A stretch of 64,000 nucleotides of DNA, taken from positions 192,001 through 256,000 of the forward strand of contig OZ219871.1 in NCBI GenBank assembly GCA_964291495.2, written 5' to 3'. Source of the DNA: Dehalococcoidia bacterium (GTDB taxonomy: Bacteria; Chloroflexota; Dehalococcoidia; UBA2979). Every line of letters starts with the position of its first letter. Positions within the stretch are counted from its first letter, which is position 1. The notes beneath the pieces were generated by a model. That model saw only the letters and a program-made list of their open reading frames with translations, was not told the DNA's origin and ran no database searches. The position numbers and the translations under genes are program-made. Positions 19,666 to 29,675 of this stretch are shown here, piece after piece.

Positions 19666-20382
19666 TCACATGCCCAGAGCGCTGTAGTCGCCATCCAGGA
19701 TCAGGCGGGCGGAGACGTACAGCCCCAGCATCGGGATCAGCACCCAGATGGCGTTCGGACTGAAGATGTACACGTAGAACTCTCGAGTCGTGATCCGGGT
19801 TTGCTTCCGTCCCACGAGGAAACTCACCACGTAGAGCGAGGACGCGTACACCCACTGCCAGAAGAGCATCATCCCGAGAATGCCGGCGGCGACGGCCGGC
19901 AGAAGCCCGCCGGTATAGGTCACATAGAGGATCAACGTCGGTGCAGGTGTGAAGAACCCGTTCGCGATGTCGATGTTGAACCCGTACGTATTGCGATCTG
20001 CATAGGCCGAATCAAACATCGAGTACGTCGCCCAGACGTCCGCCCAGACCGTCGGAGAGAGGATCCGGTTGAGCGGCACGCTGGTCGTGAGGAACTCCAC
20101 GGCGGGGGTCTTGCCGGTGTCGTCCCACCGTCTGCGCCAGGATTCCGCACGCTCCTCGATGTAGTCCCTTCGGAAGAACAGGCACATCTCCCAGTAGCAG
20201 ACCACGAGGTTGATCGAGAAGAACAGGGTGAGCAGGCCCTGGAAGACGTCGAGGTCACCGTGGAGGAGGTAGCGCACGCCAACGCCAGGCAACGCCAGGA
20301 GTCCGACCGCCACGACGGCGATCACACCGGCCGGCGCCCCCCACCGGCGCGTTCGCCCGCCACCGACATCCGACTCTGCCAC
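19666..20382 (-). CDS. Multi-TM protein, EBP/EXPERA-like
   Basis: WATYSMFDSAY resembles EBP WKEYAKGDSRY; C-terminal NAIWVLIP motif. Confidence 0.55.
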   Translation of the reverse strand: MAESDVGGGRTRRWGAPAGVIAVVAVGLLALPGVGVRYLLHGDLDVFQGLLTLFFSINLVVCYWEMCLFFRRDYIEERAESWRRRWDDTGKTPAVEFLTTSVPLNRILSPTVWADVWATYSMFDSAYADRNTYGFNIDIANGFFTPAPTLILYVTYTGGLLPAVAAGILGMMLFWQWVYASSLYVVSFLVGRKQTRITTREFYVYIFSPNAIWVLIPMLGLYVSARLILDGDYSALGM

Positions 20383-20533
20383 CAGGGCTGTATCTTACGG
20401 GCGGTTGGCCGACTACAGACTGAACAGCACCTCGAAGGCGGTACCGTCTACCTTCAAGTTGGCCCACCAGCCTCGAGGTTCGCACTCTGCCCGACCAATG
20501 CGGCCGCGGCACCCGCGGATCGGAGTGAATGCT

Positions 20534-20992
20534 ATGGCCGGCAAGACATCGAGGGGATCCGCGAAGGCCTCGGAGTGGGTCGCTCCCGAGAACCCGAGGC
20601 TCCTCTCGGGCGGCAACCCGCAGATCCCGAAGGGGGACGGCGACGCCCCCGTACAGGCCTACATCGCGGCCATGCCTGAGTGGAAGCGCGAGGTCGGATG
20701 TCGCCTCGACGGCCTCATCGAGCGCACCGTGCCGGATGTGCGGAAGGCCGTGAGATGGAACTCGCCCTGGTACGGCGTCGAGGGCCAGGGCTGGTTCGTG
20801 AGCTACCACGTCTTCACCCGCTACGTGAAGGTGACTTTCCTGCAGGGCGCGTCGCTGAGTCCCGTCCCACCCGGCTCCGGCAAGGACCCGGACTCGCGCT
20901 GGATCGACATCCACGAGGGCGAACTCGACGAGGAGCAGCTGGCCGAGTGGGTCCGGCAGGCTGCCGCGATCCCCGGCTGGGACGGCTTCTGA
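20534..20992 (+). CDS. DUF1801 (YdhG-like) protein
   Basis: LLSGGNPQIPKGDGDAPVQAYIAAMP and KAVRWNSPWYG motifs. Confidence 0.85.
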   Translation: MAGKTSRGSAKASEWVAPENPRLLSGGNPQIPKGDGDAPVQAYIAAMPEWKREVGCRLDGLIERTVPDVRKAVRWNSPWYGVEGQGWFVSYHVFTRYVKVTFLQGASLSPVPPGSGKDPDSRWIDIHEGELDEEQLAEWVRQAAAIPGWDGF

Positions 20993-21016
20993 GGGCCTTT
21001 GCGCTGGAGTCACTCC

Positions 21017-21733
21017 ATGAATCGGCCACGGGCACTCTTCCTCGATCTCGACGAAACAATAGTCGATCGCCTTGATCCCGAGGTGATCATCCGGACGTGC
21101 GCGGAGATCGCCACGCTGCACCCGGATCTGGACGCAACTCGCCTTGCCGCGGCCAACCGCGAGGTGTGGGACGACTACTGGCCCCACGTCGAGGAGGAGT
21201 GGACTCTCGGGGCGCTCGACGGCGCCTCGGTGAGTCTCGAGGCGTGGCGTCGCGCACTGCGGAAGTGCGGATGCGCCGACGAGTCGGTCGCCGAACGCAC
21301 AGCCCGGATCTTCCGGCAGCAGGCCGGCGCGGCCTATCGCCTGTTCGATGACGTCCATGACCTCGTGGCAGCAGCGCAGAGGGCCCGTATCCCGCTCGCG
21401 CTCATCACGAATGGAGCTGCCGACACCCAGCGCGACAAGCTGACGGCCCTCGACATCGGTCGTTGGTTCGAGACAATCGTCATCTCCGGGGAGGTTGGGC
21501 TGGCCAAGCCCGATCCGCGCATCTTCGAGGTCGCTCTGGAATCACTCGCCGTAGAGCGGGACGCTGTGTGGCACGTCGGCGACGGTCTGGCAACCGACAT
21601 CGCGGGCGCGAGGGCTACCGGGCTCACCGCAGTGTGGCTCAACAGAGGCGGTCTCGCGCGGACGGAAGACGATCCTGAGCCCGAGATCGAGATCCGTTCA
21701 CTGTCGGAAGTGACGCTCGCGCTGTCGCTATAG
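21017..21733 (+). CDS. HAD-family hydrolase
   Basis: DLDET, ITNG, KPDPRIF and VGDGLATDIAGA motifs. Confidence 0.9.
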   Translation: MNRPRALFLDLDETIVDRLDPEVIIRTCAEIATLHPDLDATRLAAANREVWDDYWPHVEEEWTLGALDGASVSLEAWRRALRKCGCADESVAERTARIFRQQAGAAYRLFDDVHDLVAAAQRARIPLALITNGAADTQRDKLTALDIGRWFETIVISGEVGLAKPDPRIFEVALESLAVERDAVWHVGDGLATDIAGARATGLTAVWLNRGGLARTEDDPEPEIEIRSLSEVTLALSL

Positions 21734-21766
21734 ACTCGCGCGCGCGGAGGCCTGCCCGGGAGGCGC

Positions 21767-23044
21767 ATGAGATCGATCATTCCCGCCGGGATGGTGTACG
21801 CGGTGTCGCCGACCACCGCGGTGATCATGGGCGACTCGCTCATGTACATCGTGCTGCCCGTGGCGGCAGTCGAGTTCGGGGTGGCCGGGCAGCTCGGCCT
21901 GAGCGCGTCCTTCTGGATCGGGCTTGCGCTCAGCATCAACCGCTTCATTCGCCTCGTCAGCAACGCGTTCGCCCCCTCCGTCTTCCAGCGCTTCGGGGTG
22001 CGTTGGCCCTTCGTCGCTTCGATTGCCGTCGGTTCCCTGACGACGCTCGCGTACGGGCTGGGGAGCAGCCTCGCGCTGCTGCTGCTGGCCCGCGCCGCGT
22101 GGGGAGTCTCGTACTCCCACATGCGGCTCGCCGCTCAGCTGACGGCGTTCGGCGTCGGTACCTCCGCGATGCGAGGCAGGCTGATGGGGTTCTTCAACTC
22201 CGGGCAACGGCTCGGCAGCCTGATCGCGGTCACCGCGGGCGCGCTGCTGTTCCAACTCACCTCGAGGGAGGTGACGTTCGCGGCCCTCGCTGGCGTCGGG
22301 CTGCTCGGCATGATCATCGCCACCCGGGTGCCGAACCTCCGGCCCGAGCGCGCCCGACCCTCCCGTGGGGGGCTGCGAGAGCGGCTCAGCCCCTGGAACC
22401 TCGCCGTGTCGCGGCTGCCGGGCTACGGGCGCAAGCTCCGGCTCCGCCTGCTCTCGATCAGCCTGCTGCGGTTCGCCACGGCGTTCGCGGCGAACGGTCT
22501 GGCGATCGCGACCGTGGCTCCCTACCTCGCCGGGTTCGCCGACGAGGACGAGCGAGTGCTTGGTGGATCACTCGCCGTGGTCACACTCGCGGGACTGCTG
22601 GTCGGCTTCCGGTGGCTGTCCGACCTCGGCCTCGGCGTGCCGCTGGGGCACCTCTCGGACCGCGTCGGCAGGCGGGTGTCCATCACCAGTGGGTTGGCGG
22701 TGATGGTTGCGTCGCTGGTCCTGGTGGCTGGGCTTGACTCCGTGATCGCGACGGTCGTCGCGATGCCGCTGCTGTTCATCGCCGGCGTGGGTGTGAACGC
22801 GGCATTGGATGCCGCCATCGGCGAGACATCGCCCGCCGCAACGCGCGCCGCCGTGCTGGGCAGGTACTCGACCTGGCTGGACCTCGGGGCGGCGTTGGGC
22901 CCGTTCGCGGGATTCCTGATTGCCGACCTGATCGGCTTCCAGGGAGGGTTCCTCGTTGCGGCCGGGCTGCTGGCGGGCACCTGGGCGCTGTACGCGGCAG
23001 CCACGAGGAGGCCGCTGCGGCGCCGAGCCGCCGCCGGCTGGTGA
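21767..23044 (+). CDS. MFS transporter
   Basis: About 12 TMs; GHLSDRVGRR motif A. Confidence 0.9.
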   Translation: MRSIIPAGMVYAVSPTTAVIMGDSLMYIVLPVAAVEFGVAGQLGLSASFWIGLALSINRFIRLVSNAFAPSVFQRFGVRWPFVASIAVGSLTTLAYGLGSSLALLLLARAAWGVSYSHMRLAAQLTAFGVGTSAMRGRLMGFFNSGQRLGSLIAVTAGALLFQLTSREVTFAALAGVGLLGMIIATRVPNLRPERARPSRGGLRERLSPWNLAVSRLPGYGRKLRLRLLSISLLRFATAFAANGLAIATVAPYLAGFADEDERVLGGSLAVVTLAGLLVGFRWLSDLGLGVPLGHLSDRVGRRVSITSGLAVMVASLVLVAGLDSVIATVVAMPLLFIAGVGVNAALDAAIGETSPAATRAAVLGRYSTWLDLGAALGPFAGFLIADLIGFQGGFLVAAGLLAGTWALYAAATRRPLRRRAAAGW

Positions 23045-23068
23045 CCGGCACGGGCCCGCGAGGCTCGA

Positions 23069-24244
23069 CTACCAGCGGCTGGACTCCTCGGCGTGCGCGT
23101 GGTCGGGCAATGAGTAAGTGATGCCGCCCTCGTCGTACCCCGAGGCATCCAGCAGGGATGTGAACCTGCTGAAGCTGCTCTCCTGCACGCGTCGCGGAAA
23201 GAGCCTGAACAGGACGCGGTGGTAGCGCTCCTGCAGCCGGAACCAGGCCAGCACGCCGAACGTCGTGCTGGAGGGGTAGTGGAGCTGGTCCGCGAGTTCC
23301 TTACCGATCAGGGCGCGCGAGATCGTGAACACGTACTTCGAGAGTCGCTGGCGCTCGCTCGGCTCGTCGATGCCGATGATTAGCGGGGCGGAGTTGACGA
23401 GCGAGCTCGCCATCGCGATCGCCTCGATGTTCGGTTCCGGCTCGCAGACCGTGCCGATCTCGAAGAGCCTGAGAGCCTCCTCCTCGTCGCGGAAGAGGAT
23501 CGTCTCCGGGATGCCCATCAGGTGACCGGAGTAGCGCCAGACCTGCATGAAGCTCGCGCGCTCTTCTTCGTCAAAAACGGCGCCAAGGCTCCGCAAGTGC
23601 TTCAGCAGTCTCGCCGAGAACGCGGTGATCGCGTAGCCGACGTGTGCCGCACTGATCGGCCTGCCCCACGCCTCGTGGTCCCAGTCCTCGGCGGTGTCGA
23701 GCAGGCGCCTGACGCGCGAGTGCACGAGGCGGATCCGGACGGACAGCTTCCAGCCGTCGCCGCCGCGATCCATCCCGCCGGGCAGGAAGATCTCGATCAT
23801 GTGGCGGTTGTTCTGGCGCAGCCGCCGCACGCCCTGGTCGCGCAGCCGCCCGGTCACGAAGAACGACTTGCTGATGTTGGTGGAGAACCCCTCGACGAGC
23901 GTGCCGCCCACCATCGCGCCCAGGATCAGCCTCGAGTTCCTGTGGAACATGCGGATGCCGGGAGTAAAGGCGGACTGGTCGACCCAGTCCGGGGGGACCG
24001 CGATCTCCTCGAAGAAGTCGCGCACCACCGGCGGCAGCTCGCGAAGGTCGCGCGGATCCTCGGCGTCCATCGCCGCCTGGAGGATCCGCCTCGACTCCTC
24101 CGGTCCGAGGTCCGCGAGCGCGTCGGTCAGTTGATCGGCAGCAGGATCGCCGACCGTCGTGTGGGCGAGGTAGCGCGACGCGATCTCCGGATCAATGGCG
24201 CCGGCCTTCGCGTACCCTGCCTCGTAGTCCGACGGCACATTCAT
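23069..24244 (-). CDS. MpaB/Lcp-family (DUF2236) heme oxygenase-like protein
   Basis: GDPAAD, PPDWVD, IRLVHSRVR, WGRPIS and WRYSGHLMGI motifs. Confidence 0.85.
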   Translation of the reverse strand: MNVPSDYEAGYAKAGAIDPEIASRYLAHTTVGDPAADQLTDALADLGPEESRRILQAAMDAEDPRDLRELPPVVRDFFEEIAVPPDWVDQSAFTPGIRMFHRNSRLILGAMVGGTLVEGFSTNISKSFFVTGRLRDQGVRRLRQNNRHMIEIFLPGGMDRGGDGWKLSVRIRLVHSRVRRLLDTAEDWDHEAWGRPISAAHVGYAITAFSARLLKHLRSLGAVFDEEERASFMQVWRYSGHLMGIPETILFRDEEEALRLFEIGTVCEPEPNIEAIAMASSLVNSAPLIIGIDEPSERQRLSKYVFTISRALIGKELADQLHYPSSTTFGVLAWFRLQERYHRVLFRLFPRRVQESSFSRFTSLLDASGYDEGGITYSLPDHAHAEESSRW

Positions 24245-24438
24245 GCGGGCCTCTGGGCCTCCATCGCGCTTCTATGGTACGGCGCGCCGGGTCGCTGAGC
24301 CTAGCACCAACAGTTCCGTGGAGTGGAACGGTACCCGGGATCGTGATGTCGCCGATTGGCGCCAGCCGCGAGCGACCAGCTCGCCGGCGACCGCTACAAT
24401 CGCGCCGGTCCAACTCCGCAGCGCGAGAGGAGCGAACG

Positions 24439-25521
24439 ATGAAGGCCGCGATCATGCACGGCGTGCACCAGCCGCTGACCATCGAGCAGGTCGAGATCGA
24501 CGAACCGGGGGACCGCGAGATCCTCGTCCGCACCTCGGCCTCCGGCGTCTGCCACTCCGACCTGCACTACATCGAGGATCTCATGCCGATGCGGACGCCG
24601 GCGATCCTCGGGCACGAGGCCGCCGGCGTCGTCGAGGCCGTCGGCTCGAAGGTCACCTACGTGCAGCCGGGCGATCACGTGATCGCCTGCGGCTCCGCCT
24701 TCTGCGGCGAGTGCGAGGAGTGCCTGACCGGCCACCCCAACCGCTGCATCGACAAGCCCTTCCGCACGCTCGACGACCCGCCGCGGATCACGCTCAACGG
24801 CGAGCGCGTCCACAACTCCGTCTCCAACATCGCCAGCTTCGCCGAGTGGATGCTGCTCAGCGAGCGCGGCGTCGTGAAGGTGCGCGACGACATGCCGCTC
24901 GACGTCGCTTCGCTCGTCGGTTGCGGCGTGATCACGGGCGTCGGCGCGGTGCTCAACGCCGCGCAGGTGAAGCCCGGCTCGAGCGTCGCCGTCTTCGGCG
25001 TCGGCGGCGTGGGGCTCTCCGCCGTGCAGGGCGCCTACATCTCCGGCGCGCGCCAGATCATCGCTGTCGACCTGCTGGAGTCGAAGCTGGGCACGGCCCG
25101 CGAGTTTGGCGCGACCCACGGCGTGAACGCCTCCGAGGAGGACCCCGTCGCCGCCGTGCGGCGGCTCAGCGGCGGCGGCGTCGACTACTCCTTCGAGGCG
25201 ATCGGCAACGCCACCGTCGCGCTGCAGTGCGTGCAGTCGCTCGGCCTGGGCGGGCTGGCGACGATCATCGGCGTGGTCCCGGCCAATGAGACGATCGCGC
25301 TCGGCGGGCGGATGCTCGGCGGCGAGAAGTCGATCCGCGCCACCACGATGGGCTCGAACAAGTTCCGCGTCGACATGCCGAAGCTGATCGAGCTCTACAT
25401 ACAGGGCCGCCTCAAGCTCGACGAGATGATCACGCGCCGCGGGGAGCTCGAGGAGGTCAACGACATGTTCGAGGCGATGAACCAGGGCGAGGTCGCCCGC
25501 CAGGTGATCGTCTTCGAGTAG
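24439..25521 (+). CDS. Zn-dependent alcohol dehydrogenase
   Basis: GVCHSDLH, GHEAAG, CGECEEC...C and GVGGVG motifs; RBS GAGGAG. Confidence 0.95.
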   Translation: MKAAIMHGVHQPLTIEQVEIDEPGDREILVRTSASGVCHSDLHYIEDLMPMRTPAILGHEAAGVVEAVGSKVTYVQPGDHVIACGSAFCGECEECLTGHPNRCIDKPFRTLDDPPRITLNGERVHNSVSNIASFAEWMLLSERGVVKVRDDMPLDVASLVGCGVITGVGAVLNAAQVKPGSSVAVFGVGGVGLSAVQGAYISGARQIIAVDLLESKLGTAREFGATHGVNASEEDPVAAVRRLSGGGVDYSFEAIGNATVALQCVQSLGLGGLATIIGVVPANETIALGGRMLGGEKSIRATTMGSNKFRVDMPKLIELYIQGRLKLDEMITRRGELEEVNDMFEAMNQGEVARQVIVFE

Positions 25522-25554
25522 CCACCGCACACTCGGAGCGCCTCGAAGCTGCCG

Positions 25555-26940
25555 ATGACGCGCCGCGCGCTCGGCGCAGCCCTGATCGCGACGGCCCTCG
25601 CGGCGCTGCTCGTTGCCTGCGAGGACGAGAGCGGCGGCACGCCCTCGGTCGTCTCGACTCCGCCGCCGGTCGCGACCGCCGCGCCGTCACCCGCGGCTAC
25701 CGCAACGCCGACGGCCGCCCTCGCGGTGACGGCAACGCCGCCCGCCGCCACGCCCTCGCCGGCCGCTTCGCCATCCCCGATGGCGTCGCCGTCTCCAACC
25801 TCCACGCCCACTCCCGCGACCGTGCCCGCGGCGCCCGAACCAGCAGCCGTCAGCCTCGTTCCCGCGTTCGGCGGGCGGGAGTTCGAGCGGCCCGTGGAGC
25901 TCGGGGCGTACCCGGCCGGGCCGGACCCGGCGGGGAGCGTCTTCGTCGCCGAGCAGGACGGGCGCGTCTACGTCCTCCACGCGAGCGGCGAGGCGCTGCT
26001 GGTGGACCTGAGCCCGCAGGTCAGCCGCGCCAGCAACGAGGAAGGCCTGCTCAGCGTCGCCGTCGATCCGCAGTTCGCCTCGAACCGCTGGCTGTGGCTC
26101 TACTACTCGGTCGACCGCTCGGCGAACCCCGGCCCGCGCCGCACGCGACTCTCGCGCTTCACGGTCGACGCGACCGACGCGCTCGCCGTGGACGCGGACT
26201 CCGAGCTCGTGGTCCTCGAGCTGGAGCAGCCGTTCCCGAACCACAACGGGGGCGCGATCCGCTTCGGGCCGGACGGGATGCTCTACCTCGGCCTCGGCGA
26301 CGGCGGCTCGGCGGGTGACCCGCGCGCGAACGGGCAGAACCTCGGCACGCTGCTCGGCAGCATCGTCCGCATCGACGTGCGCGAGGCATCCGAGGCCGAG
26401 CCGTACCGTGTCCCGCCCGACAACCCGTTCGTCGGGACGCCGGGCGCGCGCGCCGAGATCTGGGCCTACGGTCTGCGCAACCCCTGGCGCATGGCCTTCG
26501 ACGGCGCCGGTCGCCTCTGGGCGGCCGACGTCGGCCAGAACGCGCTCGAGGAGATCGACGTGATCGAGCGCGGCGGCAACTACGGCTGGGACCGCCTCGA
26601 GGGCACCCGCTGCTTCGAGCCGCGCAGCGGCTGCGACCGCGAGGGCACGACGCCGCCGATCGCCGAGTACGGGCGCAGCCTCGGCTGCTCCGTCACCGGC
26701 GGGGTGGTCTACGAGGGCGACGACATGCCGGCGCTGGCGGGCAGCTACCTCTTCGCCGACTTCTGCAGCGGGCGCCTCTGGGCGCTCGATCCCGAGGGCG
26801 GCAGCGTCGCCGAGGTCGCGCGCAGCGAGCGGCAGGTCGCCTCCATCGGGACGGATGCGCGGGGCGAGGTGTACCTGCTGACGTTCCGCGGGGCGATCCT
26901 GCGGATCGCGCCACAGAGCGGAACGGGGAACGGCCGCTAG
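25555..26940 (+). CDS. PQQ-dependent sugar dehydrogenase (GSDH) lipoprotein
   Basis: Lipobox LVAC, P/T-rich linker, NHNGG, GDGG and YGLRNPWR motifs. Confidence 0.9.
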   Translation: MTRRALGAALIATALAALLVACEDESGGTPSVVSTPPPVATAAPSPAATATPTAALAVTATPPAATPSPAASPSPMASPSPTSTPTPATVPAAPEPAAVSLVPAFGGREFERPVELGAYPAGPDPAGSVFVAEQDGRVYVLHASGEALLVDLSPQVSRASNEEGLLSVAVDPQFASNRWLWLYYSVDRSANPGPRRTRLSRFTVDATDALAVDADSELVVLELEQPFPNHNGGAIRFGPDGMLYLGLGDGGSAGDPRANGQNLGTLLGSIVRIDVREASEAEPYRVPPDNPFVGTPGARAEIWAYGLRNPWRMAFDGAGRLWAADVGQNALEEIDVIERGGNYGWDRLEGTRCFEPRSGCDREGTTPPIAEYGRSLGCSVTGGVVYEGDDMPALAGSYLFADFCSGRLWALDPEGGSVAEVARSERQVASIGTDARGEVYLLTFRGAILRIAPQSGTGNGR

Positions 26941-26965
26941 CGAGGCGCCCGGCTACACTCGCGCC

Positions 26966-27142
26966 ATGGCCGTTCCAATCCTCGCGGCGCTGTTCGCCTG
27001 CTACGTGCTGGTCACGCTCTGGCAGTTCCGCCGCGCCCTCGGGGCCTCCGAGCCGGAGGCGCGCCTGCGCGAGTCACGGCGCGCGCTGATCCTCGTCTCG
27101 CTCGGCGTGCCGCTGCTGGCGGCGCTGATCCTCGCGGCGTGA
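26966..27142 (+). CDS. 58-aa two-TM small protein (absent from the ORF track)
   Basis: MAVPILAALFACYVLVTLWQFRR...ALILVSLGVPLLAALILAA*; -10 box TACACT 6 nt upstream of ATG; GC-rich third positions. Confidence 0.7.
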   Translation: MAVPILAALFACYVLVTLWQFRRALGASEPEARLRESRRALILVSLGVPLLAALILAA

Positions 27143-27155
27143 CGAGGTCGCGCGG

Positions 27156-27183
27156 TTGACGGTGCATCCCTCGCTCGTACGAT
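27156..27183 (+). promoter_or_regulatory. Sigma70-like promoter of leuS (probably leaderless)
   Basis: TTGACG-16 nt-TACGAT, 6 nt before the GTG start. Confidence 0.6.
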
Positions 27184-27189
27184 GAACGG

Positions 27190-29670
27190 GTGACGAGCAC
27201 CACCGAGCAGCAGCCGCAGACCGAGCGCTACGAGCCGGGCGCGATCGAGCAGCGCTGGCGACAGCGCTGGGAGGACAGCGGCCTCTACCGCACCGAGGAC
27301 CACGTCGAGGGGCGCGACAACTGGTACGCGCTCACAATGCTGCCCTACACCTCCGGCGACCTCCACGTCGGCCACTGGTTCGCGATGGCGCCCTCGGACG
27401 CCCTCGCCCGCTTCCGCCGCATGCGCGGCTACAACGTGCTCTTCCCGATCGGCTTCGACGCCTTCGGCCTGCCCGCGGAGAACGCCGCCATCGCCGGTGG
27501 CGCGCACCCCAAGGACTGGACCGACGGCAACATCGTCCACATGCGCGAGCAGCTCAAGCGCATGGGCACGATGTTCGACTGGACACGCGAGGTCGACACC
27601 AGCTCGCCGGACTACTACCGCTGGACGCAGTGGTGGTTCCTCCAGCTCTATCGCCAGGGGCTGGCCTACCGCGCCGACGCCCCCGTCAACTGGTGCCCGT
27701 CCTGCAACACCGTGCTCGCCAACGAGCAGGTCGTCGACGGCGCCTGCGAGCGCTGCCACAGCGAGGTCGAGCAGCGTGCGATGGAACAGTGGTTCTTCCG
27801 CATCACCAACTACGCCGAGGAGCTGCTGGCCAACGAGGACCTCGAATGGCCTGATTACGTCAAGTTGATGCAGCGTAACTGGATCGGCCGCTCCGAGGGC
27901 TCCGAGGCGTCCTTCGCCCTCGAGACGCCCGCGCCGGACGGCACGGACGAGATCCGCGTCTTCACCACCCGCCCCGACACGCTGCACGGCGTGACGTTCA
28001 TGGTGCTGGCGCCGGAGCATCCTCTCGTCCGGCAGATCACCACCGACGATCAGCGCGACGAGGTCGACGCCTACGTGCGCGCGGCGGGGCTCGCCTCCGA
28101 GCTCGAGCGGCAGGCGACGGACCGCGAGAAGACCGGCGTCTTCACCGGCGCCTGGTGCGTCAACCACCTCACGGGCGACCGCGTCCCGATCTGGATCGCC
28201 GACTACGCCCTCGCGACGTACGGCACGGGCGCGGTGATGGCCGTGCCCGCGCACGACCAGCGCGACTTCGAGTTCGCGGAGAAGTTCGGGCTGCCCATCC
28301 AGGTGGTGATCGCGCCGCCGGAGTGGGACGGCGGGCCGCTCGCCGAGGCGTTCGTCGAGGCGGGCACGATGGTCAACTCCGGCAGCTTCGACGGGCTGCC
28401 GTCGGAGGAGGGCAAGGCCGCGGTCACCGCGCACCTGGAGGCGCAGGGCTGGGGCGGACCGAAGATCCAGTACCGCCTGCGCGACTGGCTGATCTCGCGC
28501 CAGCGCTACTGGGGCGCGCCGATCCCGATGGTCTACTGCGCGGGCCAGTGCGGCATCGTCCCCGTGCCCGAGGACCAGCTTCCGGTCGAGCTGCCCTACG
28601 ACGTCGAGTTCCTCCCGACCGGTCAGTCGCCGCTCGCGCTCTCCCAGGACTTCGTGCGTACCACCTGCCCGGAGTGCGAGGGGCCGGCGCGGCGTGAGAC
28701 GGACACGATGGACACCTTCATGTGTTCCTCGTGGTACTACATGCGCTACGCCGACGCCGTGAACGACGACGCGGCAATCGCGCCCGATCCCGCCACCGCC
28801 TGGCTCCCGGTGGACCAGTACACGGGCGGCGCCGAGCACGCCACGATGCACCTGCTCTACGCGCGCTTCTTCTACAAGGCGGCGCGCGACGCCGGCACCG
28901 TGCCCGGCGACGAGCCGTTCACGCGCTACTTTGCGCAGGGCCAGATCCTCGGGCCGGACGGGCGGCGCATGTCCAAGTCGCGCGGCAACGTCGTCCCGCC
29001 CGACGACCAGGTCGACCAGTGGGGCGCCGACACCTTTCGCGCCTACCTGATGTTCCTCGGGCCCTGGGACCAGGGCGGCCCCTACGACGTCGAGGGCATC
29101 GTCGGCGTCGCCCGCTGGCTGCGGCGGGTCTGGGGCCTCGCCGCCGATGCGCCCGCGTACGGCGGCGCGGCAGGCGGCGCCTCCAGCGAGGCGCTGCGCG
29201 AGGCGCACCGCACGCTCGAGCGCGTCACCGAGGACTACGACGGCTTCCACCTCAACACCGCCGTCGCCGCGCTGATGGAGCTGACCAACACGCTCGTCCG
29301 CGCGCGCGAGGCCGGGCCCGTCGACGAGGCCGACTGGAACGAGTCGCTGCGGCTGCTGCTGCTGATGCTCGCTCCGGTCTGCCCGCACATCGCCGAGGAG
29401 CTCTGGGAGCGCATCGGGCAGTCCTACTCGGTGCACGAGCAGGATTGGCCTGCGGTCGATGCGGCGCTCAGCGCCCTCGAGACGGTGGAGCTGCCCGTGC
29501 AGATCAACGGCCGCCTGCGCGACCGCATCGACGTCTCGCCGACGGCCACGGAGGCAGAGGTGCGGGCGCAGGCCGAGGCGCGGCCGCGAGTCGCCGAGCT
29601 GCTCGACGGCCGCGAACCGGCGCGAGTCATCTACGTGCCCGGCCGGATGCTCAACCTCGTAGTCCGGTAG
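27190..29670 (+). CDS. leuS: Leucine--tRNA ligase
   Basis: LHVGH (HIGH), GFDAFGLPAEN, FTTRPDT editing domain, RMSKS. Confidence 0.98.
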   Translation: MTSTTEQQPQTERYEPGAIEQRWRQRWEDSGLYRTEDHVEGRDNWYALTMLPYTSGDLHVGHWFAMAPSDALARFRRMRGYNVLFPIGFDAFGLPAENAAIAGGAHPKDWTDGNIVHMREQLKRMGTMFDWTREVDTSSPDYYRWTQWWFLQLYRQGLAYRADAPVNWCPSCNTVLANEQVVDGACERCHSEVEQRAMEQWFFRITNYAEELLANEDLEWPDYVKLMQRNWIGRSEGSEASFALETPAPDGTDEIRVFTTRPDTLHGVTFMVLAPEHPLVRQITTDDQRDEVDAYVRAAGLASELERQATDREKTGVFTGAWCVNHLTGDRVPIWIADYALATYGTGAVMAVPAHDQRDFEFAEKFGLPIQVVIAPPEWDGGPLAEAFVEAGTMVNSGSFDGLPSEEGKAAVTAHLEAQGWGGPKIQYRLRDWLISRQRYWGAPIPMVYCAGQCGIVPVPEDQLPVELPYDVEFLPTGQSPLALSQDFVRTTCPECEGPARRETDTMDTFMCSSWYYMRYADAVNDDAAIAPDPATAWLPVDQYTGGAEHATMHLLYARFFYKAARDAGTVPGDEPFTRYFAQGQILGPDGRRMSKSRGNVVPPDDQVDQWGADTFRAYLMFLGPWDQGGPYDVEGIVGVARWLRRVWGLAADAPAYGGAAGGASSEALREAHRTLERVTEDYDGFHLNTAVAALMELTNTLVRAREAGPVDEADWNESLRLLLLMLAPVCPHIAEELWERIGQSYSVHEQDWPAVDAALSALETVELPVQINGRLRDRIDVSPTATEAEVRAQAEARPRVAELLDGREPARVIYVPGRMLNLVVR

Positions 29671-29675
29671 ACGCC

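Noticed and set aside
19239-24400. Prophage or integrative element at tRNA-Ala
   Set aside because: No integrase, phage genes or duplicated tRNA 3' end found by eye
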